A stretch of 64,000 bases of DNA from Selaginella moellendorffii (lineage: Eukaryota; Plantae; Lycopodiophyta). The stretch's first letter is position 1; each line of letters starts with the position of its first letter. Both the position numbers and the translations under genes were made by a program. Shown here one piece after another: positions 62,525-64,000 of the stretch. The notes beneath the pieces were generated by a model that saw only the letters and a list, made by a program, of their open reading frames with translations, was not told the DNA's origin and made no database searches. The stretch is from positions 1,565,548 through 1,629,547 of the forward strand of contig NW_003314304.1 of NCBI RefSeq assembly GCF_000143415.4, given 5' to 3'.

Positions 62525-64000
62525 TTAAATGAATAGATTACAATTATTCCCAGAGGTATGGTGAGTGCTCTCCTTTTCTAGAGGCAATGCCATTGACATG
62601 AAACAACTAGTATACAATCTCTGCGTCCCATCATCAATGGTGATAGAATTTTGCCTTTGCTCTTCTGAAATCTTGGATTTCTTGGAGGCCGGTTCAAGGC
62701 ACTTTGGCGTCTGAGCTGCAGCCTTGGTTTCTGTCGACCGCAGTGCTGCTGGAGCAGCCTCCTTTGGCTCCTTCTTGCACTGCTGGTTCACCTCAACCTT
62801 TTGCTGGAACTGAAACATGTTTTTCAAGTTCTTGGCTTGTGCTTCGATTTGGAGCTGGAGAAAAGAACAGGACCCAGAGTTTTACACCGGAAAGAAAAAA
62901 GAGAAAACGTTACCTCCAGCTGTGCGTGTAGTTGCTTCTGTACTTCTAGTGTCCTGCCAGAGAAAGAAATAAGGAACAAGTACTAAATAAGAAAGAAATT
63001 TCCTCAAAGAACTTACGCGTCAAAGTTAGGAGCAGTGTTTCTCTTCTTGGTTTTGCTGAAACGCATGAACTATTAATGTCACGCCATAATTTGGTATGTC
63101 CTTTAGGAGGCAAAAGCTTGAATCTTTGGAGTGAAAGCTTCTCCTTCCATTTTCGAAAGCTTATTGAGAGACGCAGAATACAAACCTCTCCGTTGCTACT
63201 GAGAGTTTGATCCCTGTCGTTCCGACCTGTGCCCGTATTCCTGGCTCTTTCCTGGAGAGCTTGTCTTCCGCGGCTATTTGAAAAGCTCGCGCTTGAGTGT
63301 GTCTTATTCTCGCTTTTGATCCTGATGTCACCCTGTTCTACACCATGAATGAATGAGTATAAATGCGTAAACATACCCTCGTCTTGTCGCAAATGTCGAT
63401 CATAGGTGGAATGTACACGCGTGCGTTTGGATCCACATGCCATTCCATTAAGTGTAGAACTGGCTCCTTTTCAACGCGTTGTAAGTCGACCTCGACCATG
63501 GATCGTCGCACTACGGGCTCCATCACTGAGTGCGCATTTGTCTCGTTTTTCAATCTCAGCAAACCTGGAATATATTTGGTTACCTGGACGATGACTCGTC
63601 CCTGCTTATTTTTCGCCAATCGTTGGTTGTGCGTTCTACATTAGGACCAAAGGCCTTCCCGCATAACCATCAAGCCACGTTTCGTGGATTCGTAATACAC
63701 TCGCATAAGGCATGCCATCCTGTAAGAGAAGCAAAGCTGAATAACTCCACCAAAACAAAGCCATAAGAACGCCACCTTATATTGAAACACGGCAGTTGTC
63801 AAGCGACGATTCAGCTCTTCGTCTGGAATGCACCAGCAAAAGAATAATGCATATGACTCAGAGAGAAGAACTTAACGTACCAGTTCGCTGCCACTTATCA
63901 AACTTGACAACCACCCACATCTGTGAATACCGTGGACGTAGAATCTCAACGCTTCTACGAAGATTGTCTTCTAGTCCCCACAGAGTGACCAGCCTTGAGT
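62525..64000 (-). pseudogene. Unidentified, probably multi-exon gene or remnant ('gene X'), running off the window end
   Basis: Coding-like composition and successive minus-strand ORFs (AKNKQGRVIVQVTKYIPGLL.., QQCKKEPKEAAPAALR..). Partial paralogue at 48247-49050. No family recognised. Confidence 0.35.

Overview
Plant genomic DNA. The ~50-60 nt GT-AG introns, high gene density and plant-specific EIN3/PHO1/TORNADO1-type sequences point to a compact genome; a lycophyte such as Selaginella is my inference, not a verified assignment. The window is a rearranged tandem array of one composite unit: [AT-rich spacer] - [intronless LRR-Roc-COR (ROCO) gene of the TORNADO1 type, minus strand] - [head-to-head KLHDC4-like kelch pseudogene, plus strand] - [variable cargo: PHO1 SPX fragment, EIN3 fragments, an unidentified gene] - [GC island with Pol III A/B-box-like motifs] - [degenerate segment with (GA)n]. 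There are five ROCO copies. Only 55399-59709 is intact; three others keep an open LRR frame but lose the GTPase. The main signal is that the copies are near-identical except at the solvent-facing LRR beta-strand positions and the loops after them, which differ in almost every copy and are shared combinatorially. This is the pattern expected of a diversifying immune-receptor repertoire, here built on a ROCO scaffold instead of NB-ARC. No transposase, rRNA, complete tRNA or CRISPR array was seen.
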